This document shows positions 9,568-19,641 of a stretch of DNA of 64,000 bases, in pieces. Every line of letters begins with the position of its first letter. Position 1 is the first letter of the stretch. The stretch comes from Geminicoccaceae bacterium (lineage in GTDB: Bacteria; Pseudomonadota; Alphaproteobacteria; Geminicoccales; Geminicoccaceae). Both the position numbers and the translations under genes were made by a program. The DNA lies in contig JAWKVR010000008.1 of the NCBI GenBank assembly GCA_041397945.1, positions 23,414 through 87,413 of the forward strand, given 5' to 3'. Under the pieces are notes generated by a model that had not been told where the DNA came from, made no database searches, and worked only from the letters and a program-made list of their open reading frames with translations.

Positions 9568-10785
9568 ATGCGACAGACATGGCGGTGGTTCGGCCCGAAG
9601 GACCTGGTCTCGATCGACGACATGCTGCAGGCGGGCGTCGAAGGCGTGGTCTCGGCCCTGCACCACGTCCCGACAGGTGCCGTCTGGAGCCCGGCCGAGA
9701 TCGGGCAGCGGCAGGCGGAGATCGGCCGTCGGCGTGACGGCACGCCCTCGGGCCTCGCCTGGGAGGTGGTCGAGAGCCTGCCGGTCTCCGAGGACATCAA
9801 GAAGCAGAAGGGCGAGTGGCGCGCCCATTTCGCCAACTATGGCGAGAGCCTGCGCCATCTGGCCGCCGCCGGGATCGAGGTGGTCTGCTACAATTTCATG
9901 CCGGTGCTCGACTGGACCCGCACCGACCTCACCTACCGGGTCGCCCATGGCGGCACCTGCATGCGCTTCGACCTCGTCGACTTCGCCGCCTTCGACCTCT
10001 TCGTCCTCGAGCGGCGGGGTGCCGGGGAGGACTATCCCGAGGCGGTGCGCGACGCCGCGGCCGAGCGCTTCGCCGGCATGGCCGACGCCCAAAAGCAGCA
10101 GCTCACCGGCAATATCGCCTTCGGCCTGCCGGGTGCCGCCGAGACCATGACGCTGGACGACCTGCGCCGGCACCTGGCCGAGTACGGTGCGATCTCCGCC
10201 GAAACGCTGCGCGCCCACTTCACCGCCTTCCTCGAGGCGGTGGTGCCGGTCGCCGAGGAGGTCGGCATCAGGCTCTGCTGCCACCCCGACGACCCGCCGT
10301 TCCCGCTCCTCGGCCTGCCCCGGATCATGTCGACCGAAGCCGACTACGCGGCGATGATGCAGGCGGTCGACAGCCCCGCCAACGGCATCACGCTCTGCTC
10401 GGGCTCGCTCGGCGCCAGGCCGGACAACGACCTGCCTGGCATGATGGAGCGCCTCGGCGACCGGGTGCATTTCCTGCACCTGCGCAACGTCCACCGCGAG
10501 AGCGACCGGGTCCAGGGCTCATTCTACGAGGACGAGCACCTGGCCGGGGCGACCGACATGGTGGCCCTGCTGGCCGCCGTCATCGCCGAGGAGCGCCGCC
10601 GCAAGGCCGCCGGCCGCGTCGACCACACGATCCCCATGCGGCCCGACCACGGCCAGGACATCCTCGACGATCTCGGCCGCCGGGCGCAGCCGGGCTACCC
10701 GTCGATCGGCCGCCTCAAGGGGCTCGCCGAGCTGCGCGGCGTCATGACGGCACTCGCCCACCCGCGCTGGGGCATGGCATCCTGA
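9568..10785 (+). CDS. uxuA: Mannonate dehydratase
   Basis: 405-aa ORF starting MRQTWRWFGPKDLVSIDDMLQAGVEGVVSALHHVPTGAVW, a UxuA hallmark N-terminus. Intact. Confidence 0.9.
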   Translation: MRQTWRWFGPKDLVSIDDMLQAGVEGVVSALHHVPTGAVWSPAEIGQRQAEIGRRRDGTPSGLAWEVVESLPVSEDIKKQKGEWRAHFANYGESLRHLAAAGIEVVCYNFMPVLDWTRTDLTYRVAHGGTCMRFDLVDFAAFDLFVLERRGAGEDYPEAVRDAAAERFAGMADAQKQQLTGNIAFGLPGAAETMTLDDLRRHLAEYGAISAETLRAHFTAFLEAVVPVAEEVGIRLCCHPDDPPFPLLGLPRIMSTEADYAAMMQAVDSPANGITLCSGSLGARPDNDLPGMMERLGDRVHFLHLRNVHRESDRVQGSFYEDEHLAGATDMVALLAAVIAEERRRKAAGRVDHTIPMRPDHGQDILDDLGRRAQPGYPSIGRLKGLAELRGVMTALAHPRWGMAS

Positions 10786-12252
10786 ACAGGCGGCTGAGCC
10801 GCGCCTCGCTGGGCAGCATCCCGGCGGTGGTCCACCGGCCGCTTCGACCCGGCCGGGCGGGCCATGGCATCGTCCATCTCGGTGTCGGCGCCTTCCACCG
10901 CGCGCATCAGGCCGTCTGCACGGACGACGCCCCGCCGCTGCCGGCGGCGACTGGCGCATCCTGGGCGTCAGCCCGCGCAGCACCGCCATCGCCGACGCGC
11001 TGAACCCGCAGGACGGGCTCTACACGCTCCTGATACGCGGCCCCGAAGGCACCGAAGCCCGGGTGATCGGCAGCATCGCGCGGGTGATCGCCGCTGCGCG
11101 CGAGCCGGGTGCCGTGCTGGCGGCGATGAGCGACCCCGCGACGCGGATCGTCAGCCTGACGGTCACCGAGAAGGCCTACGGCATCGATCGCGCCGGCGGC
11201 ATCCTGCCCGACCATCCCGCCATCGCCCCCGACCTGCGCTCGCCGCGCGAGCCGAAGGGGGCCATCGGGCTCCTCGTCGAGGCGCTGCGGCAGCGCCGGG
11301 AGCAGGGGCTCGACCCGTTCACCGTGCTCTCATGCGACAACCTGCCGGAGAACGGTGCGCTCCTGCGGGCGGGCGTGCTCGATTTCGCCGCCCGGGCTGA
11401 CCCGGCCCTGGCGCCCTGGATCGAGGCCGGGGTGGCCTTCCTCGACCATGGTGGACCGCATCACGCCGGCGGCGACGCCCGCCACGCTCGCCGACGCCGC
11501 CCGGCTCACCGGCTGCGAGGACCGGGCCGCCATCGAGACCGAGCCCTTCAGCCAGTGGGTCATCGAGGACCGGTTCACCGCCGGCCGCCCGGCCTGGGAG
11601 GCGGGCGGGGCGATCTTTGTCGACGATGTCGCAGCGTATGAGCGGATGAAGCTCGCATGCTGAACGGCACCCACTCGATGCTCGCCTATGCCGGGTTCCT
11701 CACCGGCCACCGCTACGTGCGCGACGTCATGGGCGACCCGGTGCTGGCCCGCTGGTCAGGCGGCAGCTCGCCGCCGCGGCCGCCACCCTGCCGCGTCTCG
11801 CCGGCATCGATCTCGACGCCTATGCCGCCGATCTCTGCCGGCGCTTCGCCAACCCGGCGATCGGCCACGAGACCCGGCAGATCGCCCGGGACGGCACCGA
11901 GAAGCTGCCGCAGCGCGTCATGGCGCCGGCGCTCGAGCTCGCCCGGCGGGGCGGCGAGCTTCGCCCCTTCGCCTTCGCCGTCGCGGTGTGGATGCGCTAC
12001 GCCATCGGCCGGACCGATGCCGGCGAAACCTATGCGGTCGAGGACCCGCGTGCGGCTGAGATCCGTGCTGCCGTGGCGAGCGGCGGCACGCCCGCCGGGA
12101 TCGCCCGGGCCCTGCACGGGCTGCAGGGCCTCTTCCCGCCCGAGCTGGTCGCGAATGCCGCCTGGACGGGTGCGGTCACGGCGATCCTGGCCGGCATGCT
12201 CGAGCGCGGCGTCGCCACGGCGCTGGCCGGGGAGGCCGCCGGCACCGCCTGA
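10781..12252 (+). pseudogene. Mannitol dehydrogenase family oxidoreductase (fructuronate reductase / mannitol 2-dehydrogenase-like), several frameshifts
   Basis: GIVHLGVGAFHRAHQAV (ORF 9816-11003 frame). RIVSLTVTEKAYGID...FTVLSCDNLPENGALLR (11063-11641). VDRITPAATP...ETEPFSQWVIEDRF (11355-11663). MLNGTHSMLAYAGFL (11657-). C-terminus in 11920-12252. The start codon is unclear. Confidence 0.75.
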
Positions 12253-12290
12253 CCCCCTCGGCCGACTGATCGCGGCCCTGCCGCAGCCGT

Positions 12291-13187
12291 TCAGCTCAGA
12301 TGGGCCGCGAAGAAGTCCAGGGTCCGCTGCCAGGCCAGCTTCGCGGCCGCCTCGTCGTAGCGCGGGGTCGTGTCGTTGTGGAAGCCATGGTTCACGTCCG
12401 GATAGAAGTAGACGGTGAACTCCTTGCCGTTCGCCTCGAGCGCTGCGCCATAGGCCTCCCAGCCCGCGTTGATCCGCTCGTCCAGCCCGGCATAGTGCAG
12501 GAGCAAGGGCGCCTGGATCGCGGGCACGTCCTCGACCGCCGGCTGCCGGCCATAGAACGGCACCGATGCGGCGAGGTCGGGATAGGCGACCGCGAGGGCG
12601 TTGCAGACGCCGCCGCCATAGCAGAACCCGACGGCACCGACCTTGCCGGTCGAGGCCTCGTGATCCCTGAGGAACTCGAAGGCCGCGAAGAAATCCGCCA
12701 TCAGCTTGGCCCCATCGAGTTGCTGCTGCATCTCGCGGCCCTGCTCGTCATTGCCGGGATAGCCGCCCAAGGGCGTCAGCCCGTCCGGCGCGAAGGCGAG
12801 ATAGCCGGCCTTGGCGAGGCGCCGGGCGACATCCTCGATATAGGGGTTGAGGCCGCGGTTCTCGTGCACGACCAGCACCGCGGGCAGGGGGCCTGCGGCG
12901 TCCGCCGGGCGGGCCATCAGCCCGACCATCGGCCCGTGACCCTCCGGGCTCTGATACTCGACCCGCTCCGTCACGATGGCCGGGTCGTCGGGGGCGACCT
13001 GCTGGGCCAGCGCATAGTTCGGCTGCAGCTGCTCCAGCACCATGGCACCGGTCACGCCTGCGGCGGTGTACTGCCCGGCCTGCGCGATGAATTCGCGCTT
13101 CGACATCTTGCCGTGCACGTAGCCGTCGAAGATCTCCAGGATCCGCTGGTCGAAATCCCGGGCACTCTTCCTGAACGACGTGGCCAT
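12291..13187 (-). CDS. Dienelactone hydrolase family protein
   Basis: [31 protein letters not shown], nucleophile motif [16 protein letters not shown]. Start MATSFRKS at 13187 with SD AGGAGGA. Confidence 0.85.
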   Translation of the reverse strand: MATSFRKSARDFDQRILEIFDGYVHGKMSKREFIAQAGQYTAAGVTGAMVLEQLQPNYALAQQVAPDDPAIVTERVEYQSPEGHGPMVGLMARPADAAGPLPAVLVVHENRGLNPYIEDVARRLAKAGYLAFAPDGLTPLGGYPGNDEQGREMQQQLDGAKLMADFFAAFEFLRDHEASTGKVGAVGFCYGGGVCNALAVAYPDLAASVPFYGRQPAVEDVPAIQAPLLLHYAGLDERINAGWEAYGAALEANGKEFTVYFYPDVNHGFHNDTTPRYDEAAAKLAWQRTLDFFAAHLS

Positions 13188-13580
13188 TCCGTCCTCCTGA
13201 TTTGCACGATGGCTTGTGTAGGCGATCGTATGCTTCGCGGCTGCCACGTCCGGCTCGCGACCACCGGGCGAGATCGGCAGGCGCCCCGTTCAACGGGCAC
13301 GAAAGTCCAAACTAGATGCGGGACCGCCTGCGGCAATTGTCGAAGCGGCAATTCACCGTCGGGGCGCGGTAACGGCGACTGCCGCCTGATCGCGCAACTG
13401 CCACGTCGCCATCAAGTAGAGCCCGAGTGCGCCTTGGATGGTGTCTCGCAGCAAAGCCCATTTCCTGTCTCGCCAACGCATTTTGGCGACCACCTCGGCC
13501 GCACTTAAACCTGTACTAGTGATGCGTCGTGTCGTGGCCGGCAATGCCGGTCGCCCACATGCGCCTATCAGGGGGCACCA

Positions 13581-14795
13581 ATGAAAACGACATCACGACG
13601 CGCCGTGTCGCGCGCAGCCATGCTTGGCCTGACATTGTCCGCCATGCTCGCCGGCGGCGCAGCCAATGCGCAGGACGACACGGTCACCATCGGGTAGCGG
13701 TCGCGCGCACTGGCCTGAACGCCACGGGCGCCGGAATCACGACAATCCCCAACTACGAGCTCTGGGTGAAGCGACGTGAACGACGCCGGCGGGCTGGCGA
13801 TGCCCGACGGCTCGAAGCGCAGAATAGAGGTCGTGGAATACGACGACAGGTCGTCGAATGAGGATCTCGTGCGCGCGATCGAGCGCCTCGCCTCGCAGGA
13901 CCAGGTGGATCTGATCCTGCCGCCCTGGGCACCTGGGCGAACCTAGCCGTGGCGCCGCTTTTCGACAGGTTCGGCTATCCGCAGCTCGCCGTCACCGCGG
14001 TCACCGACAAGGCGCCGGAGTTCGCGGCGCGGTGGCACCGCAGCTTCTGGCTCCTGGGCGGCGGCCACGACTACGCCGAGGGCCTCGTTGGTGTCCTCTC
14101 CGCTGCGCGCGATGCGGGCATCATCAACGACAAGATCGCCGTGGTGTCGGTCGCGGACGGCTTCGGCATCGACCTCATCAACGGCGCCCGGCCGGCTTTC
14201 GAAGCGGCGGGCTTCGAGCTGGCCTATGATGAAACCTACCCGCTCGGCACCTGACTTCGCCGCGATCATGAGCGAAGCGCAGGCTTCCGGCGCGGACAGC
14301 TTCGTCGCCTTCTCCTATCCACCCGGCAGCTTCGGGATGACCAAGACGGCGCAGGCCACGGGCTACAATCCCAAGGTCTTCTACGTCAGCGTCGGCGGGG
14401 CGTTCCCGATCTATCCCGGGATTGCCGACGGCAAGGCCGAAGGGGTCATGGCCATCGGCGGCGTGAATGCCGACTCGCCCGCCATCCAGGAGTATTTCGA
14501 GCGCCACACGGCGTTCGTCGGCACACCCCCCGACAGCTGGGCCTCGGCGATCACCTACGCATCGCTCGAGATGCTGGCGCAGGCGATCGAGCGGGTGGGG
14601 CTCGATCACGAGGCGCTCGCCCAAGAGCTCTCGTCCGGCACCTTCGAGACCATCGTCGGCGAAGTGAAGCTGGAGGACAACCAGCTTCGTGATCTCTGGT
14701 GGGTCGGCCAGTGGCAAGGCGGGGCGTTCCGGGCCATCAACCCGCCCGACAAGGAAGGGGCGTCGGACCCGATCATCCCGAAGCCCGAGTGGTGA
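13581..14795 (+). pseudogene. Branched-chain amino acid-type (LivJ/LivK-like) ABC substrate-binding protein, multiply frameshifted
   Basis: ATG at 13581 gives MKTTSRRAVSRAAMLGLTLSAMLAGGAANAQDDTVTIG (signal peptide), then an in-frame TAG. Further pieces are in ORFs 13949-14254 and 14088-14795 (...SFVAFSYPPGSFGMTKTAQATGYNPKVFYVSVGGAF...). Confidence 0.7.
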
Positions 14796-14857
14796 CCGCC
14801 TGAGCCCGAGCGCGGGCCGGCCCCGGCCGGCTCGCGCGACCTGCGAAGCGGACGACC

Positions 14858-15724
14858 ATGCTGACGACGCTCATCCTCGGCCTCGTGCTCGGCGGCACCT
14901 ACGCCCTGCTGGCCCTCGGGCTGACGCTGCAATACGGGATCGCGCGGATCATGAACCTCGCCTATGGCGAGCTCACCCTGGCCGCGGCCTTCGTTCTCGT
15001 CGCCCTGTTCAACGGCCTCGGCGTGTCGCCGCTTCTCGCGATCGTCGCGATTGCGCCAACCGGCTACGCGGTCGGCTGGATGCTCTACGCGGTCATGTTG
15101 CGCCCTCTCGTCCAGCGGTCCGCCGCGCGCGATCGGCTCGCGGTCGATTCGATCCTCGCGACGTTCGGGCTTCTCTTCGTGATACAGGGCCTCCTTCTGG
15201 TCACCTTTGGCGCGAACTTCACCTCGATTTCGTACCTCGACCGCGGCGTCCGGCTCCTGGGCGTCCCGGTGGCGCTCAACCGCCTGATCGCCTTCGGCAT
15301 CTGCGTCGTCGCCGTCGGGGCGCTGATCTCGTTGTTGTCGTGGACCCGATGGGGGCTCGTCCTGCGGGCGGTGGCACTGAGCCCGGCGGCGGCGCCGCTC
15401 GTGGGCATCGACGTGAACCGCGTCGCCCGGCAGGGCTTCGCGCTCGGCACGGCGCTGGCCGCCGTTGGCGGCGCCACGATCGCCATGTACCAGACATTCT
15501 CGGCGACGGACGGTGTCGTCTTCACCATGAAGGCGCTGGTCATCGTCATCATGGGCGGCGTCGGCAACGTGATGGGTGCACTGATCGCCGGACTGGCGCT
15601 CGGTCTCGTCGAGACCTTCGTGGCCACCGCCATCGACCCGGGACTGACGCTGGCCGCGACCTTCGCGATCTTCCTCGTCGTCCTCCTGTGGCGGCCGCAA
15701 GGTCTCTTCGGGAGCCGCATGTGA
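14858..15724 (+). CDS. Branched-chain amino acid ABC transporter permease (LivH-like)
   Basis: Intact 288-aa hydrophobic ORF: MLTTLILGLVLGGTYALLALGLTLQYGIARIMNLAYGE... Confidence 0.85.
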   Translation: MLTTLILGLVLGGTYALLALGLTLQYGIARIMNLAYGELTLAAAFVLVALFNGLGVSPLLAIVAIAPTGYAVGWMLYAVMLRPLVQRSAARDRLAVDSILATFGLLFVIQGLLLVTFGANFTSISYLDRGVRLLGVPVALNRLIAFGICVVAVGALISLLSWTRWGLVLRAVALSPAAAPLVGIDVNRVARQGFALGTALAAVGGATIAMYQTFSATDGVVFTMKALVIVIMGGVGNVMGALIAGLALGLVETFVATAIDPGLTLAATFAIFLVVLLWRPQGLFGSRM

Positions 15725-16634
15725 TCCGCTGGCTGCTGCCGCTGCTGGCATTCTGCGCCCTGGCCGCACTACCAGCGCTCGTTTCGGACTACGGGCTCGG
15801 CCTGCTGATCGGCGCTGCGACCTACGTGACGCTGGCCTCTGCCTGGGCGCTGTTCTCCGGCCACACGCGCTACATCTCGCTCGCGACGGTGGCGTTCTAC
15901 GGCACCGGCGCCTACACGGTCGCGGTCCTGAACGAGGCTCTCCCCTATCCGCTCGTGCTCGTCGCGGCGGCCCTGATCGGGGCTGCGCTGGCCCTGGTGG
16001 TCGGGCTGTCGACGCTCCGGCTGGCCGGGGTCTACTTCGTGATCTTCACCTTCGGCCTCGCCGAGCTGATCCGCCAGCTCATCACCTGGTACGAGGTCAA
16101 CGTCACCGGAACGCTGGGTCGCTACATCTTCCTCGACGTGACGGCGCGCGGCATCTACTGGCAGATGCTGGCGCTCGGCGCCCTCACGATCGGGCTGACG
16201 GCCTGGGTGCAGCGCGCGCGTCTCGGTCTCGCGCTCCGGGTCATCGGCGACGACGAGACCGTCGCGGCGCATAGCGGGGTCGACCTCGCACGCACCAAGC
16301 TGCTCGCCTTCACCCTGTCCGCCGTCATCCTGACCCTGGCCGGCGCGATCGTGTCGCCCCGCTGGGTCTATGTCGAGCCGTCCATCGTCTTCAATCCGAC
16401 GGTCAGCTTCCTGACGGTCATCATGGCGCTCCTCGGCGGGGCGAGCCGCCTCTGGGGCCCGGCGCTCGGCGCCGTTCCCCTGTTTCTCGTCTTCGAATGG
16501 CTGGCGTCGAGCTTCCCCGACACCTATCCGATCTTTCTCGGGCTCGTGTTCATCGCTACCGTCTCGCGTTGCCGGAAGGCGTGCTGGCTGGCGTCGAGCG
16601 TCTTCGACCCGGTCATGGCGGGCGGCGACTCTGA
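15721..16634 (+). pseudogene. Branched-chain amino acid ABC transporter permease (LivM-like), one frameshift near 16560
   Basis: GTG at 15721 overlaps the livH-like stop (GTGA). VIRWLLPLLAFCALAALPALVSDYGLGLLIGAATYVTLASAWALFSGHTRYISLATVAFYGTGAY...GLVFIATV, then the tail LALPEGVLAGVERL is readable only in another frame. Confidence 0.75.
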
Positions 16635-17369
16635 ATCGTCTCGCAGCGGGGGAGCGACGATGGTCTTCGGCGGCCTGCGGGCGGTCGACGAGGTGACGTT
16701 TGCGCTCGAGCCGGGCGAGATCGCCGGCCTGATAGGCCCAACGGCTCGGGCAAGACCACACCGACTGAATCTGATCTCCGGTGCCCTGGTGCTCGACCGC
16801 CGGTCGGATCGAGCTCGACGGCGTCCTGCTCTTCTGGCCGGCGCCTGGACAGCATCGCCTGGATGGGTGTGGCCCGCACGTTCCAGCTCGTCCGCACGCT
16901 GCCGTCCTTGACCCTGACCGAGAACGTGATGGTCGCGGCGGCCTTCGGCGCAGCGACCTCCTGGGGTGATGCCGCGCGCACCGTCGCCCTTCGGAAGCTG
17001 GAGGTGGTGGGGCTCGTCGACCGCATGGCGGAGACGGCGGCGGAGCTGACCCATATCGACCAGAAGCGGCTCGAGCTGGCGCGGGCCCTGGCGGCCGAGC
17101 CGAGCTGTGCTGCTGTCGACGAATGGCTCGCCGGGCTGAACCCCACCGAGCTGGACGCCGGCATCGAGCTGGTCCGCAGCCTGACGCGATCCGCATCACC
17201 ATTCTCGTCGAGCACATCACGCGGACGCTGCCGTTCGCGCCTTTTCCGCCTACGCGTGCTGGTGATGAATTCCGCCGGCTCATCGCCGACGATGCCGACG
17301 GACGTGGCGCTGGCGGACCCTGCCGTCATCGCCGCCTATATTGGGGACGACGAAGATTCCGGAGGTTAG
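16615..17369 (+). pseudogene. ABC ATP-binding protein (LivG-like), multiply frameshifted
   Basis: FGGLRAVDEVTFALEPGEIAGLIGP, then the Walker A motif is lost by a frame change. MGVARTFQLVRTLPSLTLTENVMVAAAFG...LTHIDQKRLELARALAAEP (ORF 16863-17369). ILVEHITRTL lies in a third frame. Confidence 0.7.
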
Positions 17370-17378
17370 GACCCGACC

Positions 17379-18071
17379 GTGAGCCATGGCAAGCACGTGG
17401 CTCTCGGCGGCGTGTCTCTCCAGGTCGAGGCTGCCGGATGGCTGCGATCCGCCAACGGCGCCGGAAAGTCATCGCTTCTGGCGCCATCGCACGACGTGTG
17501 CCCGTCGCTGGCGGCGAAATCCTCTACAAAGGCCGATCCCTTCGGCCTCGCGCCCCACGAGACCGTGGAGCTTCGGCATTGCGCTGGCGCCGGAGGGCCG
17601 GCGGCATCTTTCCCGCCCTGAGCGTCGCCGAGAATCTGCAAGCTCGGCGCCACTCCCGCGCGCGCCCGAAGCAAGGCGGACGCTACATTGATGACGGTGC
17701 TCGAGTTGTTCCCCAGGCTGGCGGAACGACGCGGCCAGATTGCCGGCACCATGTCCGGCGGCGAGCAGCAGATGGTGGCAATCGCCCGCGCGCTCATGTC
17801 CGCGCCGGACCTCCTGCTGCTCGACGAGCCGTCGCTCGGCCTCGCGCCCATCGTGATGAAGGAGGTCTTCGCGGCGCTCGCCCGGATCCGCGACACCGGG
17901 TTGACGATCCTGATCGTCGAGCAGAACACCCGCGCGACGCTGGCGCTGGCGGACTTCGCCTATCTCGTCGGAGCCGGCCGGATCACCGGCTCCGGCCCGG
18001 CAAAGGATATCGGGTCGGACCCGGCCGTCGTGCGCACCTTCCTGGGCGGCCGAGCCTGGCGTGCTTCGTAA
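17379..18071 (+). pseudogene. ABC ATP-binding protein (LivF-like), N-terminal half frameshifted
   Basis: The C-terminal half is intact (ORF 17688-18071: MSGGEQQMVAIARALMSAPDLLLLDEPSLGLAPIVMKEVFAALARIRDTGLTILIVEQN). The N-terminal half (ANGAGKSSLL, GGEILYKGRSL, IFPALSVAENL) is spread over three frames. Confidence 0.7.
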
Positions 18072-18228
18072 TCGGTATGCTTGCCGAAAGCGGCACAACC
18101 CATGACCGAGGTGCCATGGCCCGGCTGGTCGATCGCAGCGCTCCCGGCAGGCGAGAGCGACACGGCGCGACGGCGGTGAAATCTGTCGGGGAAGGGCCGA
18201 GAATCCAGGCTGAAGCCCTCGAAAGACA

Positions 18229-18305
18229 TGGCGCGCCCTGCAGGACTCGAACCTGCGACCTGCTGCTTAGAAGGCAGCTGCTCTATCCAGCTGAGCTAAG
18301 GGCGC
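18229..18305 (-). tRNA. tRNA-Arg (anticodon UCU), CCA encoded
   Basis: The reverse complement folds by hand as a cloverleaf: GCGCCCT TA GCTC AGCTGGATA GAGC A GCTGC CTTCTAA GCAGC AGGTC GCAGG TTCGAGT CCTGC AGGGCGC GCCA. All four stems are Watson-Crick paired and the anticodon is TCT. Confidence 0.93.
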
Positions 18306-18363
18306 GTGGCGGCGCTTATAGCAGGGCCGGCGGGCGGGGGGAACTTCCGGGCGGGCCGCGGCC

Positions 18364-18669
18364 TCAGCTGCGGCGGATGAAGTTCTCGGCGTAGGACTTG
18401 GGCAGGACGACGCGGGTGTGCGGCTCGAAGACCTGGTAGGTCAGGTTCTCGCGCCGGCAATAGGCGATGGCGGCGTCCTTGGTCGGGAAGCGCAGCCGCA
18501 CCTGCTGGGCCGTATCGTCCGAGCCGTTCCAGCCGATCAGCCGGTCGGCCTCGACGCGCGAGCGCGGCTCGAACTCGACCAGCCACTGGTGGGTCTTGCG
18601 CCGGCCCGACTGGACCGCGGTCTTCGCCGGTCGATAGATCCGTGCCTGCATCAGGGTGGTCCGTGCCAT
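18364..18669 (-). CDS. ETC complex I NDUFS4-like small protein
   Basis: 101 aa: ARIYRPAKTAVQSGRRKTHQWLVEFEPRSRVEADRLIGWNGSDDTAQQVRLRFPTKDAAIAYCRRENLTYQV. This matches the alphaproteobacterial NDUFS4-related family. Confidence 0.85.
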   Translation of the reverse strand: MARTTLMQARIYRPAKTAVQSGRRKTHQWLVEFEPRSRVEADRLIGWNGSDDTAQQVRLRFPTKDAAIAYCRRENLTYQVFEPHTRVVLPKSYAENFIRRS

Positions 18670-18690
18670 CGTCTCTGGAATGGTTCGGAA

Positions 18691-19368
18691 CTAGGCGGTT
18701 TCGGCGGATTCCGCAAGCCAGCGGCGGCGCAGATCGCTGTGGTGGACCTGCAGCCAGCGCAGCGGGACGATGGCGTTGACGGCGAGGATGCGGCCGCTCT
18801 CCAGCCAGTCGAAGGCGGTCTGCAGCGGGAGCACGAAGCTGCGGATGTCCTCCGCCTCGTGCTCGAGGCCGTGCACGCCGCCGGCGCCGCTGGCGTCGAC
18901 CTCGGCGATGAAGACGGTGCTGCGCTCGGTCACCGCACCGGGCGACGCGACATAGGTGGCGATCTGCTCGATCCGCCGGGCCTCGAGCCCGGCCTCCTCG
19001 ACCAGCTCGCGGCGTGCTGTCTCGAGGGCGCATTCGCCCGGCCCGACGAGCCCGGCCACCACCTCGTAGAGCCAGGCGCCGGTCGGGTGGCGCATGCAGC
19101 CGGCGCGGAACTGCTCGATCAGCACGATGCTGTCGGTGACCGGGTCGTAGGGCAGCACCGCCGCCGCCTCGGGGATGTGCAGGATCTCGCGGGTGATGAC
19201 GGGGCTCATCTGCCCGTCGAAGCGACGATGCCTGAGATCGACGACCTCGAAGCGGAAGAAGCCCCGATAGCCGTCGCGGCTCCGGACGATCTCGACCTCG
19301 CGTGCCGCGTCCTCGAGGGGCCGGTCGTCCGCGGGCACCGGCGACGTGCCTGCCGCCCGGTCGGTCAA
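18691..19368 (-). CDS. NUDIX hydrolase (ADP-ribose pyrophosphatase-like)
   Basis: Nudix box GLVGPGECALETARRELVEEAGLE. Probable TTG start at 19368, overlapping the stop of the upstream AsnC-like gene (TTGA). Confidence 0.8.
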   Translation of the reverse strand: MTDRAAGTSPVPADDRPLEDAAREVEIVRSRDGYRGFFRFEVVDLRHRRFDGQMSPVITREILHIPEAAAVLPYDPVTDSIVLIEQFRAGCMRHPTGAWLYEVVAGLVGPGECALETARRELVEEAGLEARRIEQIATYVASPGAVTERSTVFIAEVDASGAGGVHGLEHEAEDIRSFVLPLQTAFDWLESGRILAVNAIVPLRWLQVHHSDLRRRWLAESAETA

Positions 19369-19607
19369 GCGAAAGCCTTGAAGGTGATGAGGGTGAAGGT
19401 GTCCTTCACGCCGGGCAGGCTCTGCACCGCCTTGTTGACGAAGCGGCCGATATCGACGTCGGCGGCGAGGTGGAACTTCATGATCAGGTCGTACTGGCCG
19501 GAGACCGAGTAGACCTCGGAGACCTCCTCGATGGTCTCGACCGCCTTGCCGGCCACCTCGTAGGAGCAGCCGAGCTCGCACTTGACCATGACGAAGATCG
19601 TCTGCAT
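19365..19607 (-). CDS. Lrp/AsnC ligand-binding-domain small protein (80 aa)
   Basis: MQTIFVMVKCELGCSYEVAGKAVETIEEVSEVYSVSGQYDLIMKFHLAADVDIGRFVNKAVQSLPGVKDTFTLITFKAFA. Confidence 0.8.
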   Translation of the reverse strand: MQTIFVMVKCELGCSYEVAGKAVETIEEVSEVYSVSGQYDLIMKFHLAADVDIGRFVNKAVQSLPGVKDTFTLITFKAFA

Positions 19608-19641
19608 GGGCGGCTTCCGGAAAGTCGGGGGCGGCGCCGGC

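Noticed and set aside
7141-10494. Long shadow ORFs (7141-8289 minus, 8579-10150 plus, 9511-10494 minus). The same type occurs elsewhere: 14606-15769 minus, 15769-17283 minus, 22492-24486 plus, 22508-24514 minus, 24033-25955 plus, 30650-31675 minus, 39911-41440 plus, 50349-51662 plus, 51620-52936 minus, 57282-59234 minus, 61853-63334 minus.
   Set aside because: All are antisense to, or out of frame with, well-recognised genes. They have Arg/Gly/Pro/Ala-dominated translations typical of stop-poor alternative frames in high-G+C DNA.
18229-18305. tRNA-Arg as an integration site of a genomic island
   Set aside because: No integrase gene, no direct repeat of the tRNA 3' end and no compositional shift are visible on either side. 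The flanks are the Liv operon and conserved housekeeping genes.
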